From positions 21,856 through 85,855 of the forward strand of contig JAZUIU010000028.1 in assembly GCA_045642405.1 (NCBI GenBank): a stretch of 64,000 nt of DNA. Reading direction: 5' to 3'. Numbering within the stretch: the stretch's first letter is position 1; each line of letters starts with the position of its first letter. The notes beneath the pieces are model-generated. The model searched no databases and was not told the DNA's origin. It worked only from the letters and a program-made list of their open reading frames with translations. The translations under genes were made by a program, and so were the position numbers. Positions 35,326-45,024 of the stretch are shown here, in pieces. This DNA comes from Oscillospiraceae bacterium (lineage in GTDB: Bacteria > Bacillota > Clostridia > Oscillospirales > Oscillospiraceae).

Positions 35326-36168
35326 TTACTTGACCTCCTTATTGAGCAGGTTGCAGGTTTCTTCGCGCTTGTGACGCTCCCACTCACCGTACATCTTGGC
35401 GCGTTTCATCATCTCGTCCCAATCGACCTGATGACCGTCAAAATCGGGGCCGTCCACGCAGGCGAATTTTGTCTCGCCGCCGACCGTCAAACGACAGCAA
35501 CCGCACATACCGGTACCGTCCACCATCAAAGGATTCATCGAAACCGTGGTGCGAATGCCGTAAGGCTCGGTGGTCTTGGCGATAAATTTCATCATGATCG
35601 GCGGTCCGATGGCGATGACTTCATCGTACTGATTGCCGCTGTCGATGAGTTCCTGCAAAGCGGCGGTGACCAATCCTTTCTGACCGTACGATCCGTCATC
35701 CGTGCAGAGTTTCAGTACATCGGACGCGGCTTTGAATTCGTCTTCAAGGATGACGAAATCTTTATTTTTGAAACCGACGACCGCATGGACTTCCGTGCCG
35801 TTTTCGTGGAATTTCTTCAAAACAGGATAGGCAATGGCACAGCCGAGACCGCCGCCGACCACGCAGACTTTTTTTCTGCCTTCCGTTTCAGTCGGGCGAC
35901 CGAGCGGACCGACAAAATCCTGCAAAAACTCGCCTTGTTTCTTCCGGCTGAGTTTTTCGGTCGTCGCACCGACTGTCTGCACGATGATGCTGACCGTACC
36001 CTTTTCTATATTGCAATCGTGGATGGTCAAAGGAATGCGTTCGCCATTCTCATCCACACGCAGAATGATAAACTGACCGGGTTGTGCTTTCTTTGCGACC
36101 AACGGCGCTTCGATCTCATAGAGAATGACCGTCGGATTGAGCACTTCTTTTCTGACAATACGGTACAT
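35326..36168 (-). CDS. nfnA: NfnA / dihydroorotate dehydrogenase electron-transfer-subunit-like FAD/[2Fe-2S] protein
   Basis: PGQFIILR, ERIPLTI, GPLG, GGGLG, DGTGMCGCCR, CVDGPDF. Confidence 0.8.
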   Translation of the reverse strand: MYRIVRKEVLNPTVILYEIEAPLVAKKAQPGQFIILRVDENGERIPLTIHDCNIEKGTVSIIVQTVGATTEKLSRKKQGEFLQDFVGPLGRPTETEGRKKVCVVGGGLGCAIAYPVLKKFHENGTEVHAVVGFKNKDFVILEDEFKAASDVLKLCTDDGSYGQKGLVTAALQELIDSGNQYDEVIAIGPPIMMKFIAKTTEPYGIRTTVSMNPLMVDGTGMCGCCRLTVGGETKFACVDGPDFDGHQVDWDEMMKRAKMYGEWERHKREETCNLLNKEVK

Positions 36169-36489
36169 AGTTTCCTTTCCTCTTTTCTGCGGTGTCCTCA
36201 CCGCAAACATTGTGAATATTATAACACACATCTCTCGCAACTGCAAGAAAAAAACGCATTTCTACATTATAGACAAATCCATTCGGCAAAACTACTCTTT
36301 CTCTGTATCATTTGATTGCTGCGCGTACCCTTCACTACTCTTTTCGTACAATCCCCGTTCGGTTCCGCCCTTGTTGCAACTGCAACTATTCTACTGATGA
36401 AAATTGTTTTTGTAAAGGGTATATTTTCTTGACAAGGCGTTTTGGATTTGATAACATAGTGGCAGTCGATACAAAAGGAGCGTGAAACT

Positions 36490-37734
36490 ATGATTCAAGA
36501 TGTGATGAAGTTTCTTTCCGCTTATGACAGCGAGATCGGAACGACCGTTGAAAAGGAATTTGCCCGTCAGCAGCGCAATATTGAGTTGATTGCTTCCGAG
36601 AACATCGTTTCTCCTGCTGTGATGCTCGCAATGGGCACATGCCTGACTAACAAATATGCCGAAGGTTATCCCGCGCACCGATATTACGGCGGCTGCTACT
36701 GCGTAGATGAAACAGAAGAATTTGCCCGTCAACGCGCCTGCAAACTCTTCGGTGCAGACCATGCCAATGTCCAGCCTCACTCCGGTGCAAGTGCAAACCT
36801 TGCCGCGTTCAAGGCCCTTATGCAGCCGGGCGACACCTATATGGGTATGAATTTGGCGCACGGCGGTCACCTCAGTCACGGCAGCAGCGTGAATATTTCC
36901 GGTCAGTATTTCCATCAGGTTCCCTATTCCCTTGATCCCGAAACCGAAATGCTCAACTACGACGAGATCGCGCGCATCGCACAAGAGTGCAAACCCAAGA
37001 TGATCATCGCCGGTGCTTCCGCCTACCCGAGAAAGATTGATTTCAAGCGTTTCCGCGAGATCGCCGATTCCGTCGGAGCCTATCTGATGGTCGATATGGC
37101 ACACATTGCCGGTCTGGTCGCCGCAGGGGTACATGAAAGCCCCGTCCCCTATGCCCATGTCGTCACGACGACCACACATAAGACACTACGCGGTCCGCGC
37201 GGCGGTTTGATCCTTTGCAAAGAGGAACTCGCCAAAAAGATCGACTCCGCGATCTTCCCCGGCACGCAGGGCGGACCTTTGATGCACATCATCGCCGCGA
37301 AAGCCGTCTGTTTGGGTGAAGCACTCAAACCCGAATTCAAGGCTTACGGCGAGCAGATCGTCAAAAATGCCGCCGTACTTGCCGAAGAACTCAAAAAACA
37401 GGGTTTCCGCCTGGTCTCCGGCGGTACGGACAATCACTTGATGCTGCTTGATGTCCGCTCGTTCGGCATCACCGGCAAGGAGTTGGAAGAGCGTTTGGAT
37501 GCGTGCTATATCACCGCCAACAAGAATTCCATCCCCAACGATCCCGAAAAGCCGACCGTCACCTCCGGCATCCGCGTCGGCACACCTGCGGTCACAACGC
37601 GCGGTTTCAAAGAAGCCGAAATGGTGCAGATCGCCGCAATGATCGGCGCTGTGGCAAAAGACTTTGAGGGCAATCGCGCCGCCGTCACCGAACAGGCGAT
37701 CGCGCTGACCAAAAAGTTCCCGATCTATCAGTAA
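36490..37734 (+). CDS. glyA: Serine hydroxymethyltransferase
   Basis: [47 protein letters not shown]. Confidence 0.97.
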   Translation: MIQDVMKFLSAYDSEIGTTVEKEFARQQRNIELIASENIVSPAVMLAMGTCLTNKYAEGYPAHRYYGGCYCVDETEEFARQRACKLFGADHANVQPHSGASANLAAFKALMQPGDTYMGMNLAHGGHLSHGSSVNISGQYFHQVPYSLDPETEMLNYDEIARIAQECKPKMIIAGASAYPRKIDFKRFREIADSVGAYLMVDMAHIAGLVAAGVHESPVPYAHVVTTTTHKTLRGPRGGLILCKEELAKKIDSAIFPGTQGGPLMHIIAAKAVCLGEALKPEFKAYGEQIVKNAAVLAEELKKQGFRLVSGGTDNHLMLLDVRSFGITGKELEERLDACYITANKNSIPNDPEKPTVTSGIRVGTPAVTTRGFKEAEMVQIAAMIGAVAKDFEGNRAAVTEQAIALTKKFPIYQ

Positions 37735-37738
37735 TGAT

Positions 37739-37776
37739 AAAAAATAAACTGCTCGAAATCGAGCAGTTTATTTTTT
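37739..37776. terminator. Terminator after glyA
   Basis: AAAAAATAAACTGCTCG-AAAT-CGAGCAGTTTATTTTTT. Confidence 0.85.
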
Positions 37777-37865
37777 ACACGAACAGGTCAAAAAAGTGCA
37801 TTGTTTTTTAGGATTATTCGCTCTACAATAAAAGCAGAAAACGCATCAAAAAGGAGAGCATAATC

Positions 37866-38825
37866 ATGAATGAGATCAAATTTCTTGCCTTTGGTGACTG
37901 TCAGCACCAACCCGGCATTTTTTATCCGCCTGTTTTGCCGATCGTCGAGCAGATCAAAAAGCACGCGATTGAAGAGAATGTCGATATGTGCATCCATGTG
38001 GGTGACTTCAACCACTCCCCCGGTCGCTGGACCGATGTGATCGACGCCTACCATGCATTCCCGATGCCCGTTTACCATACGCTCGGCAACCACGAGTGCG
38101 ACTTCGGCACATATCAGGATGCTTTGCAAGCCTATCGCCTTGATAACGGCTACTATTATTTCGAGCGCAACGGTTTCCGCTTCGTGGTGCTGGATACCAA
38201 CTACTTTATCGCCGGTGACAAACTCGTTCACTATGAAAACCGCAACTACCGTCTGCCTGAATTCAAAGACAGTATCACCGTCCATAACACGCTCGGCAAA
38301 GAGCAGACCGACTGGATGGAGCAAACGATCATGGACTCTCCTTACCCCGTCGTTCTCATCTCGCACGCGAGTCTGGAACGCTGCTACGGCGAAACGGAAT
38401 TCCAAATGGATGAGTTACAGCGCATCTGGGATCTGCTTGACCGTGTCAATGCCGACCGCCAGCGCGTGATGATGGCGATCAACGGTCACTATCACCGCGA
38501 TTTCCTCCGCATTTTCAAAAATATTGCCTTTTTCGATCTCAACTCCACCTCGTTCGAGTGGCTGGACGATGCACAGCCCAATTACGGCCCCGAACTCAAA
38601 GAGACTTATAAATACATCGACCACGAGGTTGCTTGGGATGTCCCCGTCCACGCGATCATCACACTCAAAGAGGATGGCAGCATCAAGATCGAAGGTATGA
38701 AAGGTCACTTCCTGCAAGGCAAATCGCCCAAAGAAGTCTGCGGCCGCTATCTGATCGACTACGACGGCCGTCCCTGCACGCCCGATGTTCTCTCCTGCGA
38801 CATCAAGATCAATATGAACCGCTGA
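37866..38825 (+). CDS. Calcineurin-like metallophosphoesterase
   Basis: DCQH, GDF, LGNHE, SH, NGHYH metal-binding motifs. Confidence 0.85.
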   Translation: MNEIKFLAFGDCQHQPGIFYPPVLPIVEQIKKHAIEENVDMCIHVGDFNHSPGRWTDVIDAYHAFPMPVYHTLGNHECDFGTYQDALQAYRLDNGYYYFERNGFRFVVLDTNYFIAGDKLVHYENRNYRLPEFKDSITVHNTLGKEQTDWMEQTIMDSPYPVVLISHASLERCYGETEFQMDELQRIWDLLDRVNADRQRVMMAINGHYHRDFLRIFKNIAFFDLNSTSFEWLDDAQPNYGPELKETYKYIDHEVAWDVPVHAIITLKEDGSIKIEGMKGHFLQGKSPKEVCGRYLIDYDGRPCTPDVLSCDIKINMNR

Positions 38826-38834
38826 TGATACAGT

Positions 38835-38871
38835 AAAAGCCGAGATGCAAATTTTTGCATCTCGGCTTTTT
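38835..38871. terminator. Bidirectional terminator
   Basis: AAAAGCCGAGATGCAAA...TTTGCATCTCGGCTTTT. Confidence 0.85.
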
Positions 38872-38877
38872 GTTGCT

Positions 38878-39606
38878 TTATGTGTGGCGCTCAACGAAAT
38901 CGACAATGAGCTGCTCCTGACCGGGCAGTCCGTGCGGATGATGATCTCCGCCGGGCTTGACATGAAGTTCAAACTCAATGCCGGCTTCTTGGTAGGCTTT
39001 TTCCAGATAGTAACCGTTTTCCCGATACGGCACGACCGTGTCCGAATCGCCCGTGGCAAAAATAACGGGAATACGGGCTTCGAGCAATTTGGGAATGCAG
39101 TCGTACGGCGTGTCGCGCCAAACCATAATATCCGAAACATTTTCAAGGTGATATGCGTCAAGAAATTCTTTTATCATACCCGGAACGCTTGGAGTGGTGG
39201 CAATGCCGAAGCCGCAGGGACAACTCATATAGTTGACCACCGCCGCATCCAGATACATACAGGAGATCAATTCGGGATGCGCCGCCGCAAGTTTGATGGC
39301 AAACTGACCGCCGCAACTCATCCCGACCGGCACGCACTTGGGTGCAAGGTGATATTCTTTCGTCACGAATTCGACAAAATGGGCTTGACGCTCCGTCTCT
39401 TCTTTTCTGCCCCAACGGTTCGGATTGGCAACATAACCGAGCGTATAGCCGCGTTCGACCAAAGCGATTTCCGCTTCGGGGAATGCGTCAAAATATTCTG
39501 TCTTCAAAATAAGTGTGGGATTTTCGCGATGCTTTTTCGGTAACACCACTTTGGCAGGTTGTCCCTCAAAAGTAAAGTCGATACACTCGAAACCTCTCCA
39601 TTCCAT
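38878..39606 (-). CDS. Alpha/beta hydrolase (serine esterase/peptidase-like), tandem copy 1
   Basis: GMSCGG nucleophile elbow, GDSD, HHPHG. Confidence 0.8.
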   Translation of the reverse strand: MEWRGFECIDFTFEGQPAKVVLPKKHRENPTLILKTEYFDAFPEAEIALVERGYTLGYVANPNRWGRKEETERQAHFVEFVTKEYHLAPKCVPVGMSCGGQFAIKLAAAHPELISCMYLDAAVVNYMSCPCGFGIATTPSVPGMIKEFLDAYHLENVSDIMVWRDTPYDCIPKLLEARIPVIFATGDSDTVVPYRENGYYLEKAYQEAGIEFELHVKPGGDHHPHGLPGQEQLIVDFVERHT

Positions 39607-39633
39607 GGTATCTTCCTCTTTTCTTTGTATTTT

Positions 39634-40371
39634 CTATTTGGTATGCCGCTCAACAAAGTCGACAATGATCTGCTCCTGACCGGGCAGTCCGTGCGGATGA
39701 TGGTCTCCGCCGGGCTTGACATGAAGTTCAAACTCAATGCCGGCTTCTTGGTAGGCTTTTTCCAGATAGTAACCGTTTTCCCGATACGGCACTATGCCGT
39801 CGTTATCGCCCGTGCAGAAAATAACGGGAATACGCGCTTGCACCAATTCCGGAATATGGTCATAGGGAGAATCACGGTAAACCATAAGATCGGCGATGTT
39901 ATCCATGCGAAATGCGTCCATGAACTCCTTGATCACCGAAGCCTTCTCTTCTTCTTTCCTGCGTGAAATGCCGAAACCGCAGGGACAACTCATATAGTTG
40001 ACCACCGCCGCATCCAAAAACATACAGGCGACCAACTCTGGATGCGCCGCCGCAAGTTTGATGGCAAACATACCGCCGCAACTCATCCCGACCGGCACGC
40101 ACTTGGGTGCAAGGTGATATTCCTTCGTTACAAACTCGACAAACCGCGCCTTACGCTCCACATCCTCCGGAGCGCCCCAACGGTGTGTGTTTTTAATGTA
40201 GCCGAGCGTATAGCCGCGCTCCAAAAGCGCAATTTCCGCTTCGGGAAATGCGTCAAAGTATTCGGTCTTCAAAATAAGCGTAGGATTTTCGCGCTGCTCT
40301 TTCGGAAACACCACCTTGGCAGGTTGTCCCTCAAAAGTAAAGTCGATACACTCGAAACCTCTCCATTCCAT
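39634..40371 (-). CDS. Alpha/beta hydrolase, tandem copy 2
   Basis: Same motifs (GMSCGG, GDND, HHPHG); the start ATG 40371 matches the copy 1 N-terminus MEWRGFECIDF. Confidence 0.8.
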   Translation of the reverse strand: MEWRGFECIDFTFEGQPAKVVFPKEQRENPTLILKTEYFDAFPEAEIALLERGYTLGYIKNTHRWGAPEDVERKARFVEFVTKEYHLAPKCVPVGMSCGGMFAIKLAAAHPELVACMFLDAAVVNYMSCPCGFGISRRKEEEKASVIKEFMDAFRMDNIADLMVYRDSPYDHIPELVQARIPVIFCTGDNDGIVPYRENGYYLEKAYQEAGIEFELHVKPGGDHHPHGLPGQEQIIVDFVERHTK

Positions 40372-40390
40372 GGTATTTTCCTCTTTTTCT

Positions 40391-40639
40391 TTATTTTTCC
40401 AACGCCTTTTGTAAGGCGATCGCAAGTTGATCGGGGCAGGAAGTCGGCTTGAAGCCGCAGCGGATCCCTTTGAGTTTTTCGATGGCGTCGCTCGCCTTCA
40501 TCCCGATCACCAAACGGGATATCCCCTGCAAATTGCCGTTGCAGCCGCCGAGAATTTCCACATTTTTGATGATCCCGTCTTCGACTTCGACCGTCATTTG
40601 ACGCGAACAGGTACCTTGCGGATGATAAGTCACTTTCAT
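40391..40639 (-). CDS. TIGR03905-family TSCPD-domain protein
   Basis: GTCSR, GGCNGNL, GIRCG..PTSCPDQLA. Confidence 0.88.
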   Translation of the reverse strand: MKVTYHPQGTCSRQMTVEVEDGIIKNVEILGGCNGNLQGISRLVIGMKASDAIEKLKGIRCGFKPTSCPDQLAIALQKALEK

Positions 40640-40700
40640 CGCTTTGATCTCCTCTTGAATTTTTCTCATTGTAGCACAATGCATATCACTTTGCAACCGC

Positions 40701-40740
40701 AAAAGCACTAAAATTGCCCACAAAAAGCACTAAAATTGCC
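40701..40740. repeat. Exact 18-bp direct repeat, 22-bp period, just upstream of the TSCPD gene promoter
   Basis: AAAAGCACTAAAATTGCC at 40701-40718 and 40723-40740; minus-strand promoter TTGCAA (40696-40691), 17 nt, TACAAT. Confidence 0.75.
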
Positions 40741-40817
40741 TTGTTTGTTTTTGACGGTCGGCGGCTTTATTGACAGCCTGAAAAAATCACCTGTCCGATC
40801 GGGCAGGTGATTTTTCA

Positions 40818-41564
40818 TTATGCTCTTGCTTTTTGTCTCAGCCGAATGCGGTCGGCGATCATGGCAATAAACTCCGAATTGGTCGGCTTGCCCTTTGCGG
40901 AATTGACCGTATAGCCGAAATATTTCTGCAATGTCTCCAAATCGCCTCTGTCCCAAGCCACTTCAATGGCATGGCGTACGGCTCGCTCCACACGCGAAGG
41001 TGTAGAGGAAAAACGGTGCGCAACTTCGGGATAAAGCACTTTGGTCACGGCGTTGATGACATCCATATCCTGTACGGCAATGATGATAGCCTCGCGGACA
41101 TATTGATAACCCTTGATATGTGCCGGAATCCCGATCTCATGAATGACCTCGGTGATCTGACGCTCCAAATCGGGATAATCAGCCTGCGGCTCTTCCTTCG
41201 TGCAGCATTGGCGCATCCGCTCCAAAAGCGATTGCGGCTCAAACGGTTTCGGCATGAAAAATGCAACATTTTTCGCCATCGCCTGCGCCACGATCTCATC
41301 GCGATAAACCGCCGAGAGTACAATAGTGGCCACCGGATCATTCTCTTTTGCGAGTTGATCCAACAAACCAAAGCCGTCCAATTCCGGTAAAGCAAGATCC
41401 GTTAAAAGCAGTTGCGGTTTGTGTTCACGCACCAACTCCAACGCCTCTTTCCCGGAAGTTGTCATACCCACCACTTCAAATTCACCCGTTTTTTCTACGG
41501 TATCTCTGAGCATCGTGCGAAATGCTTCATTGGCATCCGCCATCACGACTTTGATTTTGTCCAT
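40818..41564 (-). CDS. spo0A: Sporulation master regulator Spo0A
   Basis: Receiver domain (LLLTDLALP) plus signature [51 protein letters not shown]. Confidence 0.95.
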   Translation of the reverse strand: MDKIKVVMADANEAFRTMLRDTVEKTGEFEVVGMTTSGKEALELVREHKPQLLLTDLALPELDGFGLLDQLAKENDPVATIVLSAVYRDEIVAQAMAKNVAFFMPKPFEPQSLLERMRQCCTKEEPQADYPDLERQITEVIHEIGIPAHIKGYQYVREAIIIAVQDMDVINAVTKVLYPEVAHRFSSTPSRVERAVRHAIEVAWDRGDLETLQKYFGYTVNSAKGKPTNSEFIAMIADRIRLRQKARA

Positions 41565-41678
41565 TTTCCTGACCTTTCCTTTTCCAAAGTATCGGCTTTA
41601 TTGCGACGAAAAAACCGGCGCTTCGTTTTGCCTTGGCAATAAGTTACCATAACATCGCTTCATAATCAAGAAGAAATG

Positions 41679-41716
41679 TGTCGAATTGCTTAAAAACTTT
41701 TCGGCTTTTTTCGACA
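41679..41716. promoter_or_regulatory. Two inverted 0A boxes upstream of spo0A
   Basis: TGTCGAA at 41679-41685 and TTCGACA at 41710-41716. Confidence 0.7.
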
Positions 41717-41768
41717 AAATCAGTGTTCTACCATATTTCTGCAAATTTTCCTTGATGTTTACATAATT

Positions 41769-42830
41769 TTATGACTGTGCAAATCCCGCCGCACGGAGCA
41801 TGTGGTCGACAAAGATACCGTAACCGCGCTGAGGGTCATTGACGAGAACATGAGTGACGGCTCCGACGAATTTACCGTTTTGCACGATCGGGCTTCCGCT
41901 CATTCCCTGCACGATACCGCCCGTTTGCGCAAGCAAACGCGCATCGGTCACGCGCAGTAACAAACTACGCTCTTCATTGTTCGGAGAAAAGACCTTTTCG
42001 ATCTCCACCTCGTATTCACACACTTCGTCTCCGGTACAGTTTGCCAAAATACTCGCCTTGCCTGCTTTCACTTCCCCGGGCGCGGCGATCGGGATCGCTT
42101 TGCCCAAAGTTCCGATACACGCAAGGTCCGACATCTGACCGAAAATGCCCTGTTCGGTATTGGCTTGCAGTACGCCGCTGTCTTCTTTCAGATTAAAATG
42201 ACCGCGCAATTCGCCCGGCACACCTGCTTTGCCCTTTTGCACAGCCTTGACGGACGATTCCATGACAAAGCCTTTTTCAAGCGGCATCAGTTCCGCCGTG
42301 TCCACATCGGAAATGCCGTGACCGAGTGCGCCGAAAACACCGCTGTTGGGCTCATAAAAGGTCACCGTACCGATTCCTGCCATACTGTCGCGAATCCACG
42401 CGCCCAAACGGTACACGCCGTCGCTTTCCTTTTGCGCCGCCGCCGTGATCGTCAGTTCTTTGCCGTCACGCTGTACTTGGAGTTCGGCGCTTTTTGCGCC
42501 ATTTTCTTGCAAAAGTTCCTGAAAATGCTCCGTCGATGTGATTTTTACCTCATTGCAAGTCGTTATAACATCTCCGATTTGCAATCCGCTTTTCTCCGCC
42601 GGTGTTTTTTCTTCCGTATCGCGAGAAAAGTCAACTACCATCACACCGTCTGCAAACAACTTGACACCCACAGTGTGTCCCACGGGAATCAATTCTCTGA
42701 CGCTCGGATATCGGCTCGGTTGTGTCTCCACCGCATAGGCACTACCGAGCAAACCGGTCAACAGGCAAATCAAAACCGCGTAAAGCGGTGTTCGCGGTGA
42801 AGGAAAATGTTTGATCCGTTTCTTTCTCAC
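41769..42830 (-). CDS. spoIVB: SpoIVB peptidase (S55) with PDZ domain
   Basis: GAWIRDS.AGIGTVTF, FGALGHGISD, GGIVQGMSGSPIVQNGK.VGAVTHV; probable GTG start at 42830. Confidence 0.93.
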   Translation of the reverse strand: MRKKRIKHFPSPRTPLYAVLICLLTGLLGSAYAVETQPSRYPSVRELIPVGHTVGVKLFADGVMVVDFSRDTEEKTPAEKSGLQIGDVITTCNEVKITSTEHFQELLQENGAKSAELQVQRDGKELTITAAAQKESDGVYRLGAWIRDSMAGIGTVTFYEPNSGVFGALGHGISDVDTAELMPLEKGFVMESSVKAVQKGKAGVPGELRGHFNLKEDSGVLQANTEQGIFGQMSDLACIGTLGKAIPIAAPGEVKAGKASILANCTGDEVCEYEVEIEKVFSPNNEERSLLLRVTDARLLAQTGGIVQGMSGSPIVQNGKFVGAVTHVLVNDPQRGYGIFVDHMLRAAGFAQS

Positions 42831-42940
42831 ACGCATCCCTCCGCTATTCAAATTTGCCGCGTTTTTGCGGCTTTGATACTTTTTGCAGTTTTGCGGAAAA
42901 TTAAACGATACAGTTTTTGTTTTCTTTGAGAAATTTCGAC

Positions 42941-42975
42941 AAAAAAACCGCAGGTATCACTACCTGCGGTTTTTT
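42941..42975 (-). terminator. Terminator after ftsZ
   Basis: AAAAAAACCGCAGGTA-TCAC-TACCTGCGGTTTTTT. Confidence 0.85.
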
Positions 42976-42987
42976 GCTATATATATA

Positions 42988-44133
42988 TTACTGTTTGTCT
43001 TTGAAGAGTTTGAAAATATCGTCGAACGGATCGTGTTCTTCTTCCTTCTTCTCTTCCGGCTGCTCCGGCTTCTCTTCCTGATCAAAGTCAAGCGGATTGA
43101 CCTCAATGCTTGAAGCAGGCGTTGCCGTCGGCACGGAAGTGGCAGCGGCGACCGTCGCCGCCAAAACTTCATCGGGCTTCTTGTCGAAACCGGTGGCGAT
43201 CACGGTCACGCGGATCTCGTCATCAAGAGACTCGTCGAAGGATGCACCAAAAATGGTGAGCGCATCGGGATCGACTGCCTGCTGGACCAGGCTTGCCGCC
43301 TGTTCGACTTCTTCCAAACCGATATCCAAAGAACCGGTGATATTGATGAGGACGCCATGCGCACCGCTGATCGAAGTTTCCAAAAGCGGACTGGAAATCG
43401 CCATCTTGGCGGCTTCTTCCGCCTTGCCCTTGCCTGCGGCACGACCGATACCCATGTGAGCATAGCCGGCATTTTTCATCACGGCAGTCACATCGGCGAA
43501 GTCCAGGTTGATCAAACCGGTGTCACGGATCAAATCGGAAATGCTCTGAACGGCTTGGCGAAGCACATCATCTGCAATTTCAAATGCGTTGGAGAAGGTG
43601 ATCTTCTGATCGGTCGCATATTTCAAACGCTCATTGGGGATGATGACCAAAGCATCCACCTTGTCACGCAGTTCCTCAATACCGGCTTCTGCGGCGCGCA
43701 TACGGCGAGGACCTTCAAAGGGGAACGGCTTTGTCACGACACCGACAGTCAAAAGACCGGCTTCGTGTGCAATTTCGGCAACGATCGGCGCACCGCCCGT
43801 GCCCGTACCGCCGCCCATACCGGCGGCAATAAAGACCATATCGGTGTTTTCCAATGCCTTTGCGATCTGTGCGCGGCTCTCTTCGGCGGCTTTACGACCG
43901 ACCTCGGGATCCGCACCGGCACCCTGACCGTGCGTCAGTTTTTCGCCGATTTGAATTTTATAAGTAGCGTTGGAAACAGTCAACGCCTGTTTATCCGTGT
44001 TGACTGCCACAAACTCGACACCGCGCGTGCCGCTGCGCAACATACGGTTGACCACATTATTGCCGCCGCCGCCGATACCGATCACTTTAATATTGACAAC
44101 ATTCTCCGTTGTGTTTTCCAATTCAAACGCCAT
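42988..44133 (-). CDS. ftsZ: Cell division protein FtsZ
   Basis: [29 protein letters not shown]-terminal DDIFKLF. Confidence 0.97.
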   Translation of the reverse strand: MAFELENTTENVVNIKVIGIGGGGNNVVNRMLRSGTRGVEFVAVNTDKQALTVSNATYKIQIGEKLTHGQGAGADPEVGRKAAEESRAQIAKALENTDMVFIAAGMGGGTGTGGAPIVAEIAHEAGLLTVGVVTKPFPFEGPRRMRAAEAGIEELRDKVDALVIIPNERLKYATDQKITFSNAFEIADDVLRQAVQSISDLIRDTGLINLDFADVTAVMKNAGYAHMGIGRAAGKGKAEEAAKMAISSPLLETSISGAHGVLINITGSLDIGLEEVEQAASLVQQAVDPDALTIFGASFDESLDDEIRVTVIATGFDKKPDEVLAATVAAATSVPTATPASSIEVNPLDFDQEEKPEQPEEKKEEEHDPFDDIFKLFKDKQ

Positions 44134-44271
44134 AGTGCAATCCTCCTAAGTTATCATCGGTATGATGAGCAGTCTCCGAAACTGCATTGATTACAAATAT
44201 CTCTTCTTATTTTAGTACGAAATCCTCTTGCGGTCAAGTAAAAGATGCAATTTTTTTGAAACTTTTCGCAA

Positions 44272-45024
44272 TCAGGACGGAATAAAACTTGCTTTTCCGT
44301 CGCTTGTAAGGTCGATCACGCCGACTTCGTTTGCTTCCAAAGAGTCGGTAACGGCGGAAAGTGTCTTGATTTTATAATCAAAATCTGCCTTCCACGGAAT
44401 GCGCACGGTGAAGCGGTTGAGATAGGTGAAACTGATCACGCTGTTACTGCTGACATCCACCGCATTGATCCCCGAGATCACTTCGTGGTTTCGCGCTTCG
44501 CTCAAAAAAGCGATCAGCGCCTCGCATTTGCCGGCATCTTTTTCGCCGAACGAAAGCATTTCACAAACCTTGGGATCTTCCGCCGTAACGCCTTTGATCA
44601 AAATGCACTTCGGCTGATTTTTGCAAGCCTGCAACACCCGACCTCCGGCGCTGAAAAGCCACCACTTGCCGTCTTTCGTGCGTACTGCCGCATCGCCCTT
44701 GCACTCCTGAACATCAATAACGATCGTATCGGGCAATGCGCGGTGAATGCTGACCTCTTCCACATAGGGAAGCGTTTGGAATATCTCCTGCGCGGCGGCA
44801 TACTTATTCATCAAAAACAGGTTCTTCCCTGTCTCAATTCCGGATGCCTCCACGATTTTTTCCTTAGTATAGATCTCGTTGCCGTTGACCGCAAATTCTT
44901 CAATGCGGAAAAAAAGCGTAATGGCGAAAATAATAAACGCGATCGGCAAAAGAAAGAGCAGTTTATTGAGGAAGTTCAGTCTTCCCCTTCTGCGCCGATA
45001 TGCATTTCTGCGCTGTCCTGCCAT
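44272..45024 (-). CDS. ftsQ: Cell division protein FtsQ/DivIB
   Basis: Basic N-terminus, single TM, POTRA (VNGNEIYTKEKI...LPYVEEVSIHRALPDTIVIDVQE); located upstream of ftsZ. Confidence 0.85.
   Translation of the reverse strand: MAGQRRNAYRRRRGRLNFLNKLLFLLPIAFIIFAITLFFRIEEFAVNGNEIYTKEKIVEASGIETGKNLFLMNKYAAAQEIFQTLPYVEEVSIHRALPDTIVIDVQECKGDAAVRTKDGKWWLFSAGGRVLQACKNQPKCILIKGVTAEDPKVCEMLSFGEKDAGKCEALIAFLSEARNHEVISGINAVDVSSNSVISFTYLNRFTVRIPWKADFDYKIKTLSAVTDSLEANEVGVIDLTSDGKASFIPS

Noticed and set aside
36168-36490. ZMP/ZTP (pfl) or glycine riboswitch before glyA
   Set aside because: No matching aptamer motifs, and the glyA promoter (TTGACA at ~36429) leaves only a short UTR.
44976-45024. 49-nt murA/ftsQ overlap as a programmed event
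   Set aside because: Most simply a C-terminal extension of murA after stop drift; no slippery site or downstream structure was seen.
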